From assembly GCA_033791425.1 (NCBI GenBank), contig JASJGQ010000315.1:1-45516 (forward strand): a stretch of 45,516 nucleotides of DNA, in the 5' to 3' direction. How positions within the stretch are numbered: the stretch's first letter is position 1; every line of letters starts with the position of its first letter. Positions 28,747 through 38,370 of this stretch are shown in pieces. The position numbers were made by a program, and so were the translations under genes. The notes beneath the pieces were generated by a model. It had not been told where the DNA came from. It saw only the letters and a program-made list of their open reading frames with translations, and made no database searches. Source of the stretch: Acidobacteriota bacterium. GTDB taxonomy: Bacteria; Acidobacteriota; Thermoanaerobaculia; Thermoanaerobaculales; Sulfomarinibacteraceae.

Positions 28747-29438
28747 AAAGGATCAAGAAGAAGGAACTCGGCATCGGCATCTTCCTTCTGGCAACCTTCT
28801 CCGCCGTCATGATCGCTATCTTCATGCCGCTGATCGACGGGGAAAATATCCTCAACTACCTGGACAATCTCTACAACTCAATCTCCAAAGGCTCGGCCTA
28901 CTACATTCCAAAGGTGGAGCACCTGGTCGAGGACCATGGCAGCGAGGTGGTCACGCTCAACCTCAAGATGGAGACCGCGGAAGCCGCAGCGACCGCCGAG
29001 CATCTCTTCGCCCGTTCCGGGGCCACGACGTTAATCGATGATGGTGCGACCCTGATGGTCAACGGTGACCTCGAGGCCATATTCAAAACATGCCTGGAAG
29101 ATTCGGAATCGGCCTACCACAACCGAACGGATGAGCTTGTTGCCCGATACGGCATGGAGGCACGGCCCGCCCTCCATTCATGGTGGCAAGCTCTCAAGGC
29201 GATGGAGAAAGACCTCAACCGGCAGAAGCTCTTTAACGCAGCCCAACTCACGCACACAGTTCAGGCCAAGACCGTGGAGTGCGCCTACAACTACTACGGT
29301 ATCGAGGCCCAGGAGATCAAGAACCGCTGGGGAACCGTTCTCTTTTCGCTGGTTTTCTACGTGATCTATACGATCTGGTACGGCTACGGGATCATGTACA
29401 TATTCGAAGGACTGGGGTTCGAGCTGGCGGCCCACTGA
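28743..29438 (+). CDS. Membrane protein (two TM helices, periplasmic loop) coupled to the TauE gene
   Basis: ATGA overlap with tauE; LNYLDNLYNSISKGSAYYIP, VECAYNYYGIEA and FYVIYTIWYGYGIMYIFEGLG. Confidence 0.8.
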   Translation: MKRIKKKELGIGIFLLATFSAVMIAIFMPLIDGENILNYLDNLYNSISKGSAYYIPKVEHLVEDHGSEVVTLNLKMETAEAAATAEHLFARSGATTLIDDGATLMVNGDLEAIFKTCLEDSESAYHNRTDELVARYGMEARPALHSWWQALKAMEKDLNRQKLFNAAQLTHTVQAKTVECAYNYYGIEAQEIKNRWGTVLFSLVFYVIYTIWYGYGIMYIFEGLGFELAAH

Positions 29439-29522
29439 CAGGGCGCGACCGGCGCCGGCATCCGCGATAAGATACACCCGACGCGCAGGCGCCCGGCCGG
29501 CGCGTCGGTCACGGAGGATGTC

Positions 29523-29969
29523 ATGGCCATCGCGGTACTCCTGGTCGACGATGAAGAGACCTTCGTCGAGACCCTGGCGAAGCGACTCACGCTGCGCCGA
29601 TTCAACGTCTACACCGCCACCCGGGCTCCGCGGGTCTTCGAAACCCTCGACGAAAACCTCATCGACGTGGTCGTGCTCGATGTCCGGATGCCCGACCTCG
29701 ACGGGATCGAGGCAACCCAGAAGATCAAAACCTCCCACCCGCTTGTCGAGGTCATTCTGCTCACCGGCCACGCCAGCATGGAGGCCTCGCTCGAGGGGTT
29801 GAAGATGGGGGCCTTCGACTACCTCATCAAACCGGTCAACATCGACGAGTTGGTGTACAAGATCGAGGACGCTCACCGCAAGAAGGTGCTCCAGGAGGAG
29901 AAGATCCGAAGGCTGAGAGATCAAACCGATGAGACGGCCGACGAGGCGGGTTCCGGCGCCAGCGATTGA
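29523..29969 (+). CDS. Stand-alone response regulator receiver
   Basis: LLVDDE, VLDVRMPDLDG, LLTGHA and YLIKP; RBS GGAGG. Confidence 0.93.
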   Translation: MAIAVLLVDDEETFVETLAKRLTLRRFNVYTATRAPRVFETLDENLIDVVVLDVRMPDLDGIEATQKIKTSHPLVEVILLTGHASMEASLEGLKMGAFDYLIKPVNIDELVYKIEDAHRKKVLQEEKIRRLRDQTDETADEAGSGASD

Positions 29970-29970
29970 T

Positions 29971-32553
29971 ATGCATGATCCCTCGTGGTGGAGACGCCTG
30001 ATCGACCGCCTCCGCGGACCCTCTGGAGAAGTTCCCGACCCGGAGGCGGCGCGCGAACTCTTTCAACGCCGGTACCATGCGCTGCGCCTGCTGCTCGCCG
30101 CCAACACCCGGGCTCTCAAATCGATGGCGACGATGGAACAGGCTGTCCTGAGCAATCGAATCTTCCCGATGGCTTTCGTGCGAACCCACTGCACGGCAGT
30201 CGGGGTCAACGTCTTCAAGATGGTCCGCAACCTCGACACTCTCGCGCCCGAGAAATACTCGCTCCTCTTCGAGCGCCTGCAGGCGATTCAAAGGGAGATC
30301 GACCACGAGATCGCCGCACTGCCCCGCCCTCCGGACACGCCCTTTGTCCTGCCGATGTCGGGAATCAGCCACCAACACCTCGATGTCGCCGGTTCCAAGA
30401 TGGCCACCCTCGGTGAGATCGGCAATGATGTCGGTCTGACCGTGCCGCCGGGCTTTGTCATCACGACCTCCGCGTACGAGAGCCTGATCGCGGCCAACGA
30501 CCTCCAACCCGAGATCGACCGCCTCCTCCAGACCCACCAAAGGGAGAGAATCGACGAACTCTTCGTGCTCAGCTCCATGCTCCAGCAACTCATCCTGTCG
30601 GCCGAGGTCCCGACCGACATCGCCGATGCGATCGACGACGCCGCCGCCGAGATCGGCGATCCCGCCGCGGACACGACCTTTGCCCTTCGATCCAGCGCCC
30701 TCGGCGAGGACTCGGCAGACGTGTCCTTTGCCGGCCAGTACGAATCGTTGCTCAACGTCCGCCGAACCAACCTGGTGGCCAGCTATCTCGAGGTGGTGGC
30801 CAGCAAGTACACGCCCCAGGCCATGCAGTACCGCCTGCAACGTGGCCTCCGCGACGACGATGTGGCCATGAGCGTGGGTTGTCTGTGGATGGTCGACGCG
30901 CGCTCCGGGGGCGTCGCCTATACGGGAAACCCGGGCGACCGGGAGGATGACAGCGTCTTTATCAGTTCGGCCTGGGGGTTGCCGAAGGCCATCGTCGACG
31001 GTCGGTTCGCCTCCGACCTCATCATTGTCGACCGCGCCGAACCGCCCCGAATCACCTCGCGCGAGATCGGCGACAAAAAAACGAAGTTCATTCTCCACCA
31101 TCGCGAAGGCGTGCGGCGGTCCGATGTCGAAGAGGATCTGCAGCGGCAATCCTCTCTCACCGATACCGAAGCGCTGGCGATCGCCGAAATGGCCGTCCGG
31201 CTGGAGGGCCACTTCGGAACCCCGGTGGACATCGAGTGGGCGACCACGAACGACGATCGGATTGTGGTCCTCCAATGCCGGCCGTTCAGTCAGTCGATGA
31301 GGGGCTTGGACCACGAGCTGCCGGCGGACACCCCCGCGCCGCTGGTCCGCGCAGGTGTCGGCGCCAGCCCCGGGGCTGCGGCCGGCGTCGTCCGAAGGGT
31401 CGGGCGTGACGCCGATGCCCTGTCATTCCCGGACGGCGCCATCCTCGTCTTGTCTCAACCACTCCCTCGGTGGGCCGCCCTTCTGGACAGGACCGCTGCG
31501 GTCGTGGCCGAGGAGGGAGGTGTTGCCGGTCATCTGGCAACCGTGGCCCGCGAGCTCGCGGTGCCTGCCCTGTTCGGTGCCGGTTCCCTCGACGCCCTGG
31601 AGGACGGCATCGAGGTCACGGTCGACGCATCCGGCCGGGCGGTCTACCCCGGCCGCATCGAGGCCCTCCTTTCGGTTCCAGGGGTGACACCGGATTCGAT
31701 TCCCGACAATCCGATTCGCAAGACCTTGCGGCGCGTGCTGACTCACATCTCGCCCCTCAATCTGATCGATCCGGACGGCATCGACTTCAAGCCCGCCAAC
31801 TGCCGGACGCTGCACGACATCACGCGCTTCTGCCACGAGCAGGCGGTGCGCGAGATCTTCGCCTTCGGTTCCGATGCCTCCTTCCCGGAATACGCGAGCA
31901 AACAGCTCCACCACAATGTGCCGATGCAGTGGTGGGTTCTGGATCTGGGAAACGGATTGAAGGACACCGTCACCGGCAAGTACGTCCACCTGGAAGACAT
32001 CGCGTGCAAACCGATGCTCGCCCTGTGGGACGGCATGATCGCGGTGCCGTGGGACGGGCCGCCGGCGGTCAGCGGGCGCGGCCTCGCCTCGGTTCTGTTT
32101 CAAGCGACCGCCAACCCGGCGCTCTCCAGCCCATTCAAGAAACCGTATGCGGACAAGAACTACTTCATCATCTCCAAACACTTCATGAATCTGCAGTCAC
32201 GTTTCGGCTTTCACTTCACCAATGTGGAGGCCCTTGCCGGCGAGCGCCCCGAGGAAAACTATCTGAGCTTTTCCTTCAAGGGGGGTGCCGCCGATCGCGA
32301 TCGGAAGGCGGGACGAGCGCGCTTTATCGGTGGTTTGCTCGCGAATCTAGGTTTCGAAACCGGTGTTACAGAGGACATGGTGACTGCTCGCCGGACCAAT
32401 CTCGAACACCAGGCAGTCGAGGATGGCGTTCGCGTCGTCGGCTATCTCCTGATGCACACCCGCCAGCTCGACATGATTATGAACAAGCCGGCGATGGTGG
32501 AACACTATCGCAAGAAAATGCAGGCAGACATCGAGGGTCTTGCTGAAGACTGA
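29971..32553 (+). CDS. PEP synthase/PPDK-like protein (ATP-grasp, phospho-His swivel and an unknown C-terminal domain)
   Basis: AGSKMATL, VPPGFVIT, LRSSALGED, SFAGQY, DIEWA, LQCRP, GASPG and GGVAGHLATVARE. Confidence 0.88.
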   Translation: MHDPSWWRRLIDRLRGPSGEVPDPEAARELFQRRYHALRLLLAANTRALKSMATMEQAVLSNRIFPMAFVRTHCTAVGVNVFKMVRNLDTLAPEKYSLLFERLQAIQREIDHEIAALPRPPDTPFVLPMSGISHQHLDVAGSKMATLGEIGNDVGLTVPPGFVITTSAYESLIAANDLQPEIDRLLQTHQRERIDELFVLSSMLQQLILSAEVPTDIADAIDDAAAEIGDPAADTTFALRSSALGEDSADVSFAGQYESLLNVRRTNLVASYLEVVASKYTPQAMQYRLQRGLRDDDVAMSVGCLWMVDARSGGVAYTGNPGDREDDSVFISSAWGLPKAIVDGRFASDLIIVDRAEPPRITSREIGDKKTKFILHHREGVRRSDVEEDLQRQSSLTDTEALAIAEMAVRLEGHFGTPVDIEWATTNDDRIVVLQCRPFSQSMRGLDHELPADTPAPLVRAGVGASPGAAAGVVRRVGRDADALSFPDGAILVLSQPLPRWAALLDRTAAVVAEEGGVAGHLATVARELAVPALFGAGSLDALEDGIEVTVDASGRAVYPGRIEALLSVPGVTPDSIPDNPIRKTLRRVLTHISPLNLIDPDGIDFKPANCRTLHDITRFCHEQAVREIFAFGSDASFPEYASKQLHHNVPMQWWVLDLGNGLKDTVTGKYVHLEDIACKPMLALWDGMIAVPWDGPPAVSGRGLASVLFQATANPALSSPFKKPYADKNYFIISKHFMNLQSRFGFHFTNVEALAGERPEENYLSFSFKGGAADRDRKAGRARFIGGLLANLGFETGVTEDMVTARRTNLEHQAVEDGVRVVGYLLMHTRQLDMIMNKPAMVEHYRKKMQADIEGLAED

Positions 32554-32602
32554 TTGCGACCGGCGGAAGTTTTCCGGCCGTGCGACGATTGTACCTTCGG
32601 GG

Positions 32603-33661
32603 ATGGACACGCAACGAAACACCAACGGAGCCCTGGCAGAAGCACTCTTCTCGCTGGCGGACTCGGAGCCGCCCGGCGACAGGCGGCTGGCGCTGCTCAA
32701 GGCCGGATACGCGGCTTTCGACAGCCCCGGTACCGTGCGTCGAGTTCTGCACGAGGACGCACCTCCGTGGCTCCGTCCGTTGATCTCCCAGCTCTACGAG
32801 TGCCATTCGGTCGATGCGCTTGAAGCGGCGGTCCAGCGACTTCGGGGCACCGCGGAAACTCGCCGCCGCCCGGTCCGCCAGGGTTATCTCTGCCGCGCCT
32901 CGATGATTCAGACCCTCAGCGAAGGCAACCCCGATCTTCACCCGGACCGCATGAGGGGCGCCTTTCACTGGCACACCCGCGACTCCGACGGCAAGGCGAC
33001 CCTCGATATGATGGCGCGCGCCTGCCGGCGGCGCGGGTTTGCATGGTCGATGGTGACCGATCACTCGCGAGGCCTCGAGGTGGCTTCCGGTCTCGATCGG
33101 GAGGGTCTTCGACTCCAGCGCGGCCGCATCGAGACGTGGAACAAACAACACGGAGAAGACCACCACGTCTTTCAGGGACTCGAGGTCGAGGTTCTTGGCG
33201 ACGGTTCGCTGGATGTACCCAAGGGAGAACGGCTGGAAGTGGACTGTGTGGTCGCCGCGGTCCACAGCCTCTTCGATCCCGATCGCGATCAGACGGATCG
33301 CCTCGTGCGCGCGGTTTCGACTCCCGGGGTCCACGTCCTCGCCCACCCCCGCGGGCGCCACTTCCACCACCGCCCCGGTCTCAAGGCGCGGTGGGAGCGG
33401 GTGTTCGAGGCCTGCGCCGAACACGGTGTGGCGGTCGAGATCAACGGCTTCCCCCGCCGGCAGGACCTCGACGCCAATCTCGCTCGGCTCGCCGTGACCT
33501 CAGGCTGCGAAATCATTCTTGCCTCGGACGCTCACGCGGTCCCGCATCTGGAATTTGATGCCTACGCCGCGGCGATCGCCATCCGTGCCGAAGTCCCGCG
33601 CGAACGAATCGTCAACGTCCTTCACGGCGATGAGTTCGAGGTGTGGCTGGGGGAACGATAG
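32603..33661 (+). CDS. PHP domain protein (PolX-associated type)
   Basis: HWHTRDSDG, TDHS, AHPRGR, EING and SDAH metal-binding motifs. Confidence 0.85.
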   Translation: MDTQRNTNGALAEALFSLADSEPPGDRRLALLKAGYAAFDSPGTVRRVLHEDAPPWLRPLISQLYECHSVDALEAAVQRLRGTAETRRRPVRQGYLCRASMIQTLSEGNPDLHPDRMRGAFHWHTRDSDGKATLDMMARACRRRGFAWSMVTDHSRGLEVASGLDREGLRLQRGRIETWNKQHGEDHHVFQGLEVEVLGDGSLDVPKGERLEVDCVVAAVHSLFDPDRDQTDRLVRAVSTPGVHVLAHPRGRHFHHRPGLKARWERVFEACAEHGVAVEINGFPRRQDLDANLARLAVTSGCEIILASDAHAVPHLEFDAYAAAIAIRAEVPRERIVNVLHGDEFEVWLGER

Positions 33662-33734
33662 AACCGTCTCCGCGCCCGCGACAACGCTGAGGGGCAGAAA
33701 AGAAAGGGAGACCGCCCACCCACCCGGATATGTC

Positions 33735-33788
33735 CACAGATGACCCAGATCGACCCAGATGTTTGATGTTGGATATTGGATTTTGGAT
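33735..33788. repeat. Short tandem repeats
   Basis: CACAGATGA CCCAGATCGA CCCAGAT followed by GTTTGAT GTTGGAT ATTGGAT TTTGGAT. Confidence 0.65.
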
Positions 33789-34073
33789 CCACCCACCCTC
33801 CCCCGTACACAGGCAATGGTCGGCGCACCGAGTGAGCAGGTCAGTGTGCGGCGGAGGTGCCATTTGTCGCATTGTTGGAGTTCGACTCACCAATCCACTC
33901 GAGCATTTGGGGCAATCAATGCGATGGGTGGCTCCTCTCGGGAAGCGAGCGGTGAGAATCGGGCGATCTCGAACATTATTTGACCTCAGCTCGTCGTAGC
34001 GAGCGGCGGGCGGGCATCCGGCTTCGCCCACCGGGCTACGCCGGGACAGATCGGGGACGGGGACGAAAACGAA

Positions 34074-35378
34074 TCAATACAACGGGAACTTGGCCGTCAG
34101 AGCGTGGACCTCGGCCTTGACTGCCTCCATCTCGGCGGCAAAGGCGGCCATTTTCGCCTCGTCCTCTTTGTCCTCGTCACCCCTCAAGACACGGTCGATC
34201 AGGGCTGCGATCTTGACCATCTCGGCGGTTCCCATGCCGCGACTCGTCACCGCCGGGGTGCCGATGCGGAGACCCGATGCAATGTAGGGCTTGCGGGTGT
34301 CAAATGGCACGGTGTTCTTGTTGACGGTGATGTCGGCGAGCCCCAGCCACCGCTCGGCTTTTTTGCCCGAAATGAAGTCGGTGCCGAGGTCGATCAGGAA
34401 GAGATGGTTGTCGGTGCCGCCAGATACGATCCGCCAACCCCGGTCGGCAACCGCTGTGCAGAGTGCCGCCGAGTTGTCGACAACCCTTTGCTGATAAGCG
34501 TTCCACTCCGGCTGCATGGCCTCGGCGAAGGCCACCGCCTTGGCGGCGATGACGTGCATCAGCGGTCCGCCCTGGATCCCCGGAAAGACCGCCTTGTCGA
34601 TGGCCTCGGCCCACTCTGCACCGCACAGGATGATCCCGCCGCGCGGACCGCGGAGGGTCTTGTGGGTGGTCGAGGTGACAAAGTGACAGTGTGGGACCGG
34701 CGATGGGTGGAGGCCCGCCGCGACCAGCCCGGCGATATGGGCGATATCGGCCATCAGAAGCGACTCGGCCTCGTCGGCAATGGCCCGAAACCGTTCGAAA
34801 TCGATGATCCGGGGATAGGCGGAGGCACCACAGACGATGAGCTTTGGTCGGTTCTCGAGGGCAAGCTCGCGCAGGCGCTCGTAGTCGATGGTCTCGGAGG
34901 TCTTGTCGACGCCATAGGCAACGCACTCGAACTCCTTGCCCGAATAGTTGAGTGGATGACCGTGGGTGAGGTGACCACCGTGGGTGAGGTCCATTCCCAG
35001 CAGGGTGTCACCCGGTTGCATCACCGCCAGGTAGACGCCCATGTTGGCCTGGGCCCCCGAATGGGGCTGGACATTGGCGTGCTCGGCACCAAAGAGCGCC
35101 TTGACCCGGTCACGTGCGAGATCCTCGGCCACGTCGACATATTTGCAGCCGCCGTAGTAGCGCTTGCCCGGGTAACCCTCGGCGTATTTGTTGGTCATCA
35201 CCGAACCCATCGCAGCCATCACTGCCGGCGACACGAAGTTCTCCGATGCGATAAGTTCGAGCCCCTCGTTCTGGCGGCGACGCTCATCCTCGAGTGCGGC
35301 CGCCACTTCGGGATCATGGGCCTCCACCAGACGATTGTGGACGTCGAAAAACTGTTCCTTGAGGCTGATTTCGGTCAT
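34074..35378 (-). CDS. glyA: Serine hydroxymethyltransferase
   Basis: [41 protein letters not shown] and SGGTDNH. Confidence 0.98.
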   Translation of the reverse strand: MTEISLKEQFFDVHNRLVEAHDPEVAAALEDERRRQNEGLELIASENFVSPAVMAAMGSVMTNKYAEGYPGKRYYGGCKYVDVAEDLARDRVKALFGAEHANVQPHSGAQANMGVYLAVMQPGDTLLGMDLTHGGHLTHGHPLNYSGKEFECVAYGVDKTSETIDYERLRELALENRPKLIVCGASAYPRIIDFERFRAIADEAESLLMADIAHIAGLVAAGLHPSPVPHCHFVTSTTHKTLRGPRGGIILCGAEWAEAIDKAVFPGIQGGPLMHVIAAKAVAFAEAMQPEWNAYQQRVVDNSAALCTAVADRGWRIVSGGTDNHLFLIDLGTDFISGKKAERWLGLADITVNKNTVPFDTRKPYIASGLRIGTPAVTSRGMGTAEMVKIAALIDRVLRGDEDKEDEAKMAAFAAEMEAVKAEVHALTAKFPLY

Positions 35379-35815
35379 GAACCCTCCTGCTCAATCTCGA
35401 TCCTATCGACCCGCCGCTGGTGACGACCACCTTCAAAGGGCGTTGCGAGGAATATCTGAACCATCTGTTCGGCAACTCCCAGACCGGTCACACGCGCGCC
35501 GATGCAGAGGACATTGGCATCGTTGTGACGGCGCGACATCTCGGCCGTGAAGGCATCGTGGCACAGGGCTGCGCGCACCCCCCGGTGGCGGTTGGCGCTC
35601 AGGCTCATGCCGATCCCGGTGCCACAAATCAGCACACCCATTTCAGCCTCCCCGCGAACCACCGCAGCGGCGACTCGGTGGGCGAAATCGGGATAGTCCA
35701 CCGACGTGGTGTCTGAAGGGCCCAGGTCGTGAATATCGCGCCCGCTCGCGCGAATGACCTCGGAAAGGGCACTCTTGTACTCGACCCCGGCATGGTCGGA
35801 GGCTATGACGATCAT
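35375..35815 (-). CDS. rpiB: Ribose 5-phosphate isomerase B
   Basis: ASDHAG, DYPD, CGTGIG, HNDANVL and FEGGRHQRR. Confidence 0.97.
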   Translation of the reverse strand: MIVIASDHAGVEYKSALSEVIRASGRDIHDLGPSDTTSVDYPDFAHRVAAAVVRGEAEMGVLICGTGIGMSLSANRHRGVRAALCHDAFTAEMSRRHNDANVLCIGARVTGLGVAEQMVQIFLATPFEGGRHQRRVDRIEIEQEGS

Positions 35816-35827
35816 GGGTGCTCCTCC

Positions 35828-37156
35828 TCAGATATCCCGATCGGGCGACGGCAGCTGGAGCGCGGAGTACTCCTCGAGGGCGAATCGGTCACTCATCCCG
35901 GCGAGGTGGTCCACAATCAACCGCGCGAACCCCGGACAGGCATGGTACCGCTCGCCGACGACCGCCGCAACACGCTTGAGCGGCAGGTCCCTGAGGTAGG
36001 GCAAATCGAGCTCTTCGGCGGCACGCAACAGCAGATAGTCCGGCAACACCGACGGCTCTTTCCAAAAAGCTCTGAACAGCGCAGTCAGGACGCGGCGCGC
36101 GCGCCAGTCCTGGCGGCTGACCGGCGCCTGGTTGATGATCTTTGCGTAGATGAAGGTCTTGAGCTCGGTGAAGAGCTCCTCGACCTCGCGCGAGAACCAT
36201 ACGGTTGTTTGTGAGACCTCACGCGCACACGCGGCAAAGTCATCGTGGTTCGAGATGCCGCGGCGTTCGCAAAATACACCGATCCGTTCGGCCGACGTCT
36301 CCACAACATCCTTGACAAACAACCCAATGATGCCGCGCACAAGGGTGTTCTGCCGGTCCCACGGACGCTCGTCGTGATAGCCGGGCCCGGACTCGCCCAT
36401 CACACTGCGCGCTACCGCCAGCAGCTCCGCCTCCTCGAGCGCGACCGAGCCCGCCCGCAGTCCGTCCTCGAGATCGTGGGTCTGCTGGGCGATCTCGTCA
36501 CCCACCGCCACCGCCTGCCCCTCGAGGTGACACGGCAGATCCAAAAACAGGCCATCCGCCTCGGGAAGGGGGAATGCGTAGTGCACCTTCCACGAGGTGT
36601 GCTTGAGAATCGCCTCGCGAACCTGGTCGGTCAGATTGATTCCGGGCTGGGCGTAGCGGCGTTCGAAGAGATCGACCACCCGCAACGACTGGTAGTTGTG
36701 TTTGAATCGCCCGACTTCGACGACGACCGGTGCCGGCAATATGATATCGGCATTTTCGCCGCGAAGGATCTCGTCGAGCACCGCCTCGCCGGTGTGGCCG
36801 AAGGGGGTGTGGCCGAGATCGTGACCCATCGCCGCTGCTTCGGCTAGATCCTCGTTGAGACCGAGGGCGCGGGCGATCGTTCGCGCCAGTTGACTCACCT
36901 CGAGCGTGTGGGTGAGTCGGGTCCGCGGGTGGTCGCCAACGTGTGGCACGAACACCTGGGTCTTGTGCTTGAGTCTGCGAAAGGCCCGTGCGTGGAGGAT
37001 GCGGTCGCGGTCCCGCTGAAAGGCCAGACGAAGATCGTCCGAATCTCCCGGTTCAGCGTGCCGCCGCGTCGCCTCCTGCGAGCGGGTTGCGACCGGGGAC
37101 AGCCGGTTCGCCTCGTCCCTTTCGAGATCCTCACGTCTGACGACACCAACTTTCAT
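35828..37156 (-). CDS. dgt: dNTP triphosphohydrolase (dGTPase-like)
   Basis: FQRDRDRILH, FRRLKHKTQVF, RTRLTHTLEV, HDLGHTPFGH, HDLEDG and LAGMSDRFA. Confidence 0.93.
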   Translation of the reverse strand: MKVGVVRREDLERDEANRLSPVATRSQEATRRHAEPGDSDDLRLAFQRDRDRILHARAFRRLKHKTQVFVPHVGDHPRTRLTHTLEVSQLARTIARALGLNEDLAEAAAMGHDLGHTPFGHTGEAVLDEILRGENADIILPAPVVVEVGRFKHNYQSLRVVDLFERRYAQPGINLTDQVREAILKHTSWKVHYAFPLPEADGLFLDLPCHLEGQAVAVGDEIAQQTHDLEDGLRAGSVALEEAELLAVARSVMGESGPGYHDERPWDRQNTLVRGIIGLFVKDVVETSAERIGVFCERRGISNHDDFAACAREVSQTTVWFSREVEELFTELKTFIYAKIINQAPVSRQDWRARRVLTALFRAFWKEPSVLPDYLLLRAAEELDLPYLRDLPLKRVAAVVGERYHACPGFARLIVDHLAGMSDRFALEEYSALQLPSPDRDI

Positions 37157-38370
37157 CGTGGCCCCTCCCCGTCATCGCTGTGGGCAAGCAACGCCCCGGC
37201 GAGACGAATGCTGCCCGCCGCCAGGACCGGATCCGGCGCGACCGCAAGGGCCGCGAGTGGCGATTCGGCGGAAATCGCGCCTGGGAATGCAGCTAACATC
37301 TTTTCGAGATCCATGGCCCGCTCGTCAACCACCTCACAGACAATGACCGAATCTACGAGAGGGCGGAGGACCGCCGCCATCTCCTCGACCGGTTTGTCCT
37401 CAAGACATGAAAACACGAGGTTGTAGCGCCGACCGGCATGTGCGAGATGGGCGGCGAGTGCCTCGGCTGCCTCAAGGTTGTGGGCGCAATCCACCAACAC
37501 CTCTCGACCTGCTACCCGGTGGACGCTGAGCCGCCCCGGCCATCGCGCCGCCTCCAGCGCCCGGCCGACGCAGGCGGGATCGAGATCGGGCAGCCACCCG
37601 GCTGCGACGGTCTTCAGAGCAAGAGCGACAGCGAGTTGCGCGTTGAGAGCCTGGTGCCGACCAGGCATCGACAATCTAACCTCCGTGCAACCCTCCAACC
37701 ACTCGAGACCTGTACGTCCGTTTTGAGTCGTTGATTGGCGAACCACGGATGCCGCTGCCTGTGCCTTGGGGGCACCAAGCTCGGCCATGATCATCGGGTC
37801 CAGTTCATCGCCGATCACCCCAAAACTGGCGGCGGCAAGAGCGCGGCCCTTGTCCCGTGCGATCTCGGAACGCTCACGGCCGAGCCACTTCCGATGGTCG
37901 GTCCCGATGTTGGTGAGACCGGCGACCTCGCTCTCCGCCAGTCTGGTGGCGTCCCACGATCCGCCCATCCCCGCCTCCAACACCGCCACCTCGACCCGGC
38001 CCTCGGCAAAGAGAGAGAACGCTGCAGCAGTGATGGCCTCGAAGTAGGTGAGATCCGGGAAAGGCGCCAGCCGGTCGAGGTGCCGCCCGAGTCTTAGGCC
38101 GTCCACCCTGACGCCGGCGATCCGGATCCGCTCCTCGACATCCACCAAATGGGGCGATGTGAAAAGACCCGTCTTCAGGCCGTGTTCGCGAAGCACCGCC
38201 TCCAGCATCGCAGCGGTGGATCCCTTGCCGTTCGTACCTACAATCAGAATGGATTCGAAAGCCTTCTGCGGGCTGCCCAGTTCTCTGAGAGCTGCTCGGA
38301 GTGCGCTGAGGTCAGGTCGGATCCGACCGGGGCGCCGTTGCTCGAGCTTTAGCGCAGAAGCGACAGGCAT
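37153..38370 (-). CDS. folC: Folylpolyglutamate/dihydrofolate synthase
   Basis: GTNGKGS, FTSPHL, TYFE, EAGMGG, WPGR and DCAHN; downstream of accD. Confidence 0.92.
   Translation of the reverse strand: MPVASALKLEQRRPGRIRPDLSALRAALRELGSPQKAFESILIVGTNGKGSTAAMLEAVLREHGLKTGLFTSPHLVDVEERIRIAGVRVDGLRLGRHLDRLAPFPDLTYFEAITAAAFSLFAEGRVEVAVLEAGMGGSWDATRLAESEVAGLTNIGTDHRKWLGRERSEIARDKGRALAAASFGVIGDELDPMIMAELGAPKAQAAASVVRQSTTQNGRTGLEWLEGCTEVRLSMPGRHQALNAQLAVALALKTVAAGWLPDLDPACVGRALEAARWPGRLSVHRVAGREVLVDCAHNLEAAEALAAHLAHAGRRYNLVFSCLEDKPVEEMAAVLRPLVDSVIVCEVVDERAMDLEKMLAAFPGAISAESPLAALAVAPDPVLAAGSIRLAGALLAHSDDGEGPR

Noticed and set aside
33730-33999. Small ORFs in the PHP-glyA intergenic region
   Set aside because: No RBS or recognisable motifs, and they run through tandem repeats.
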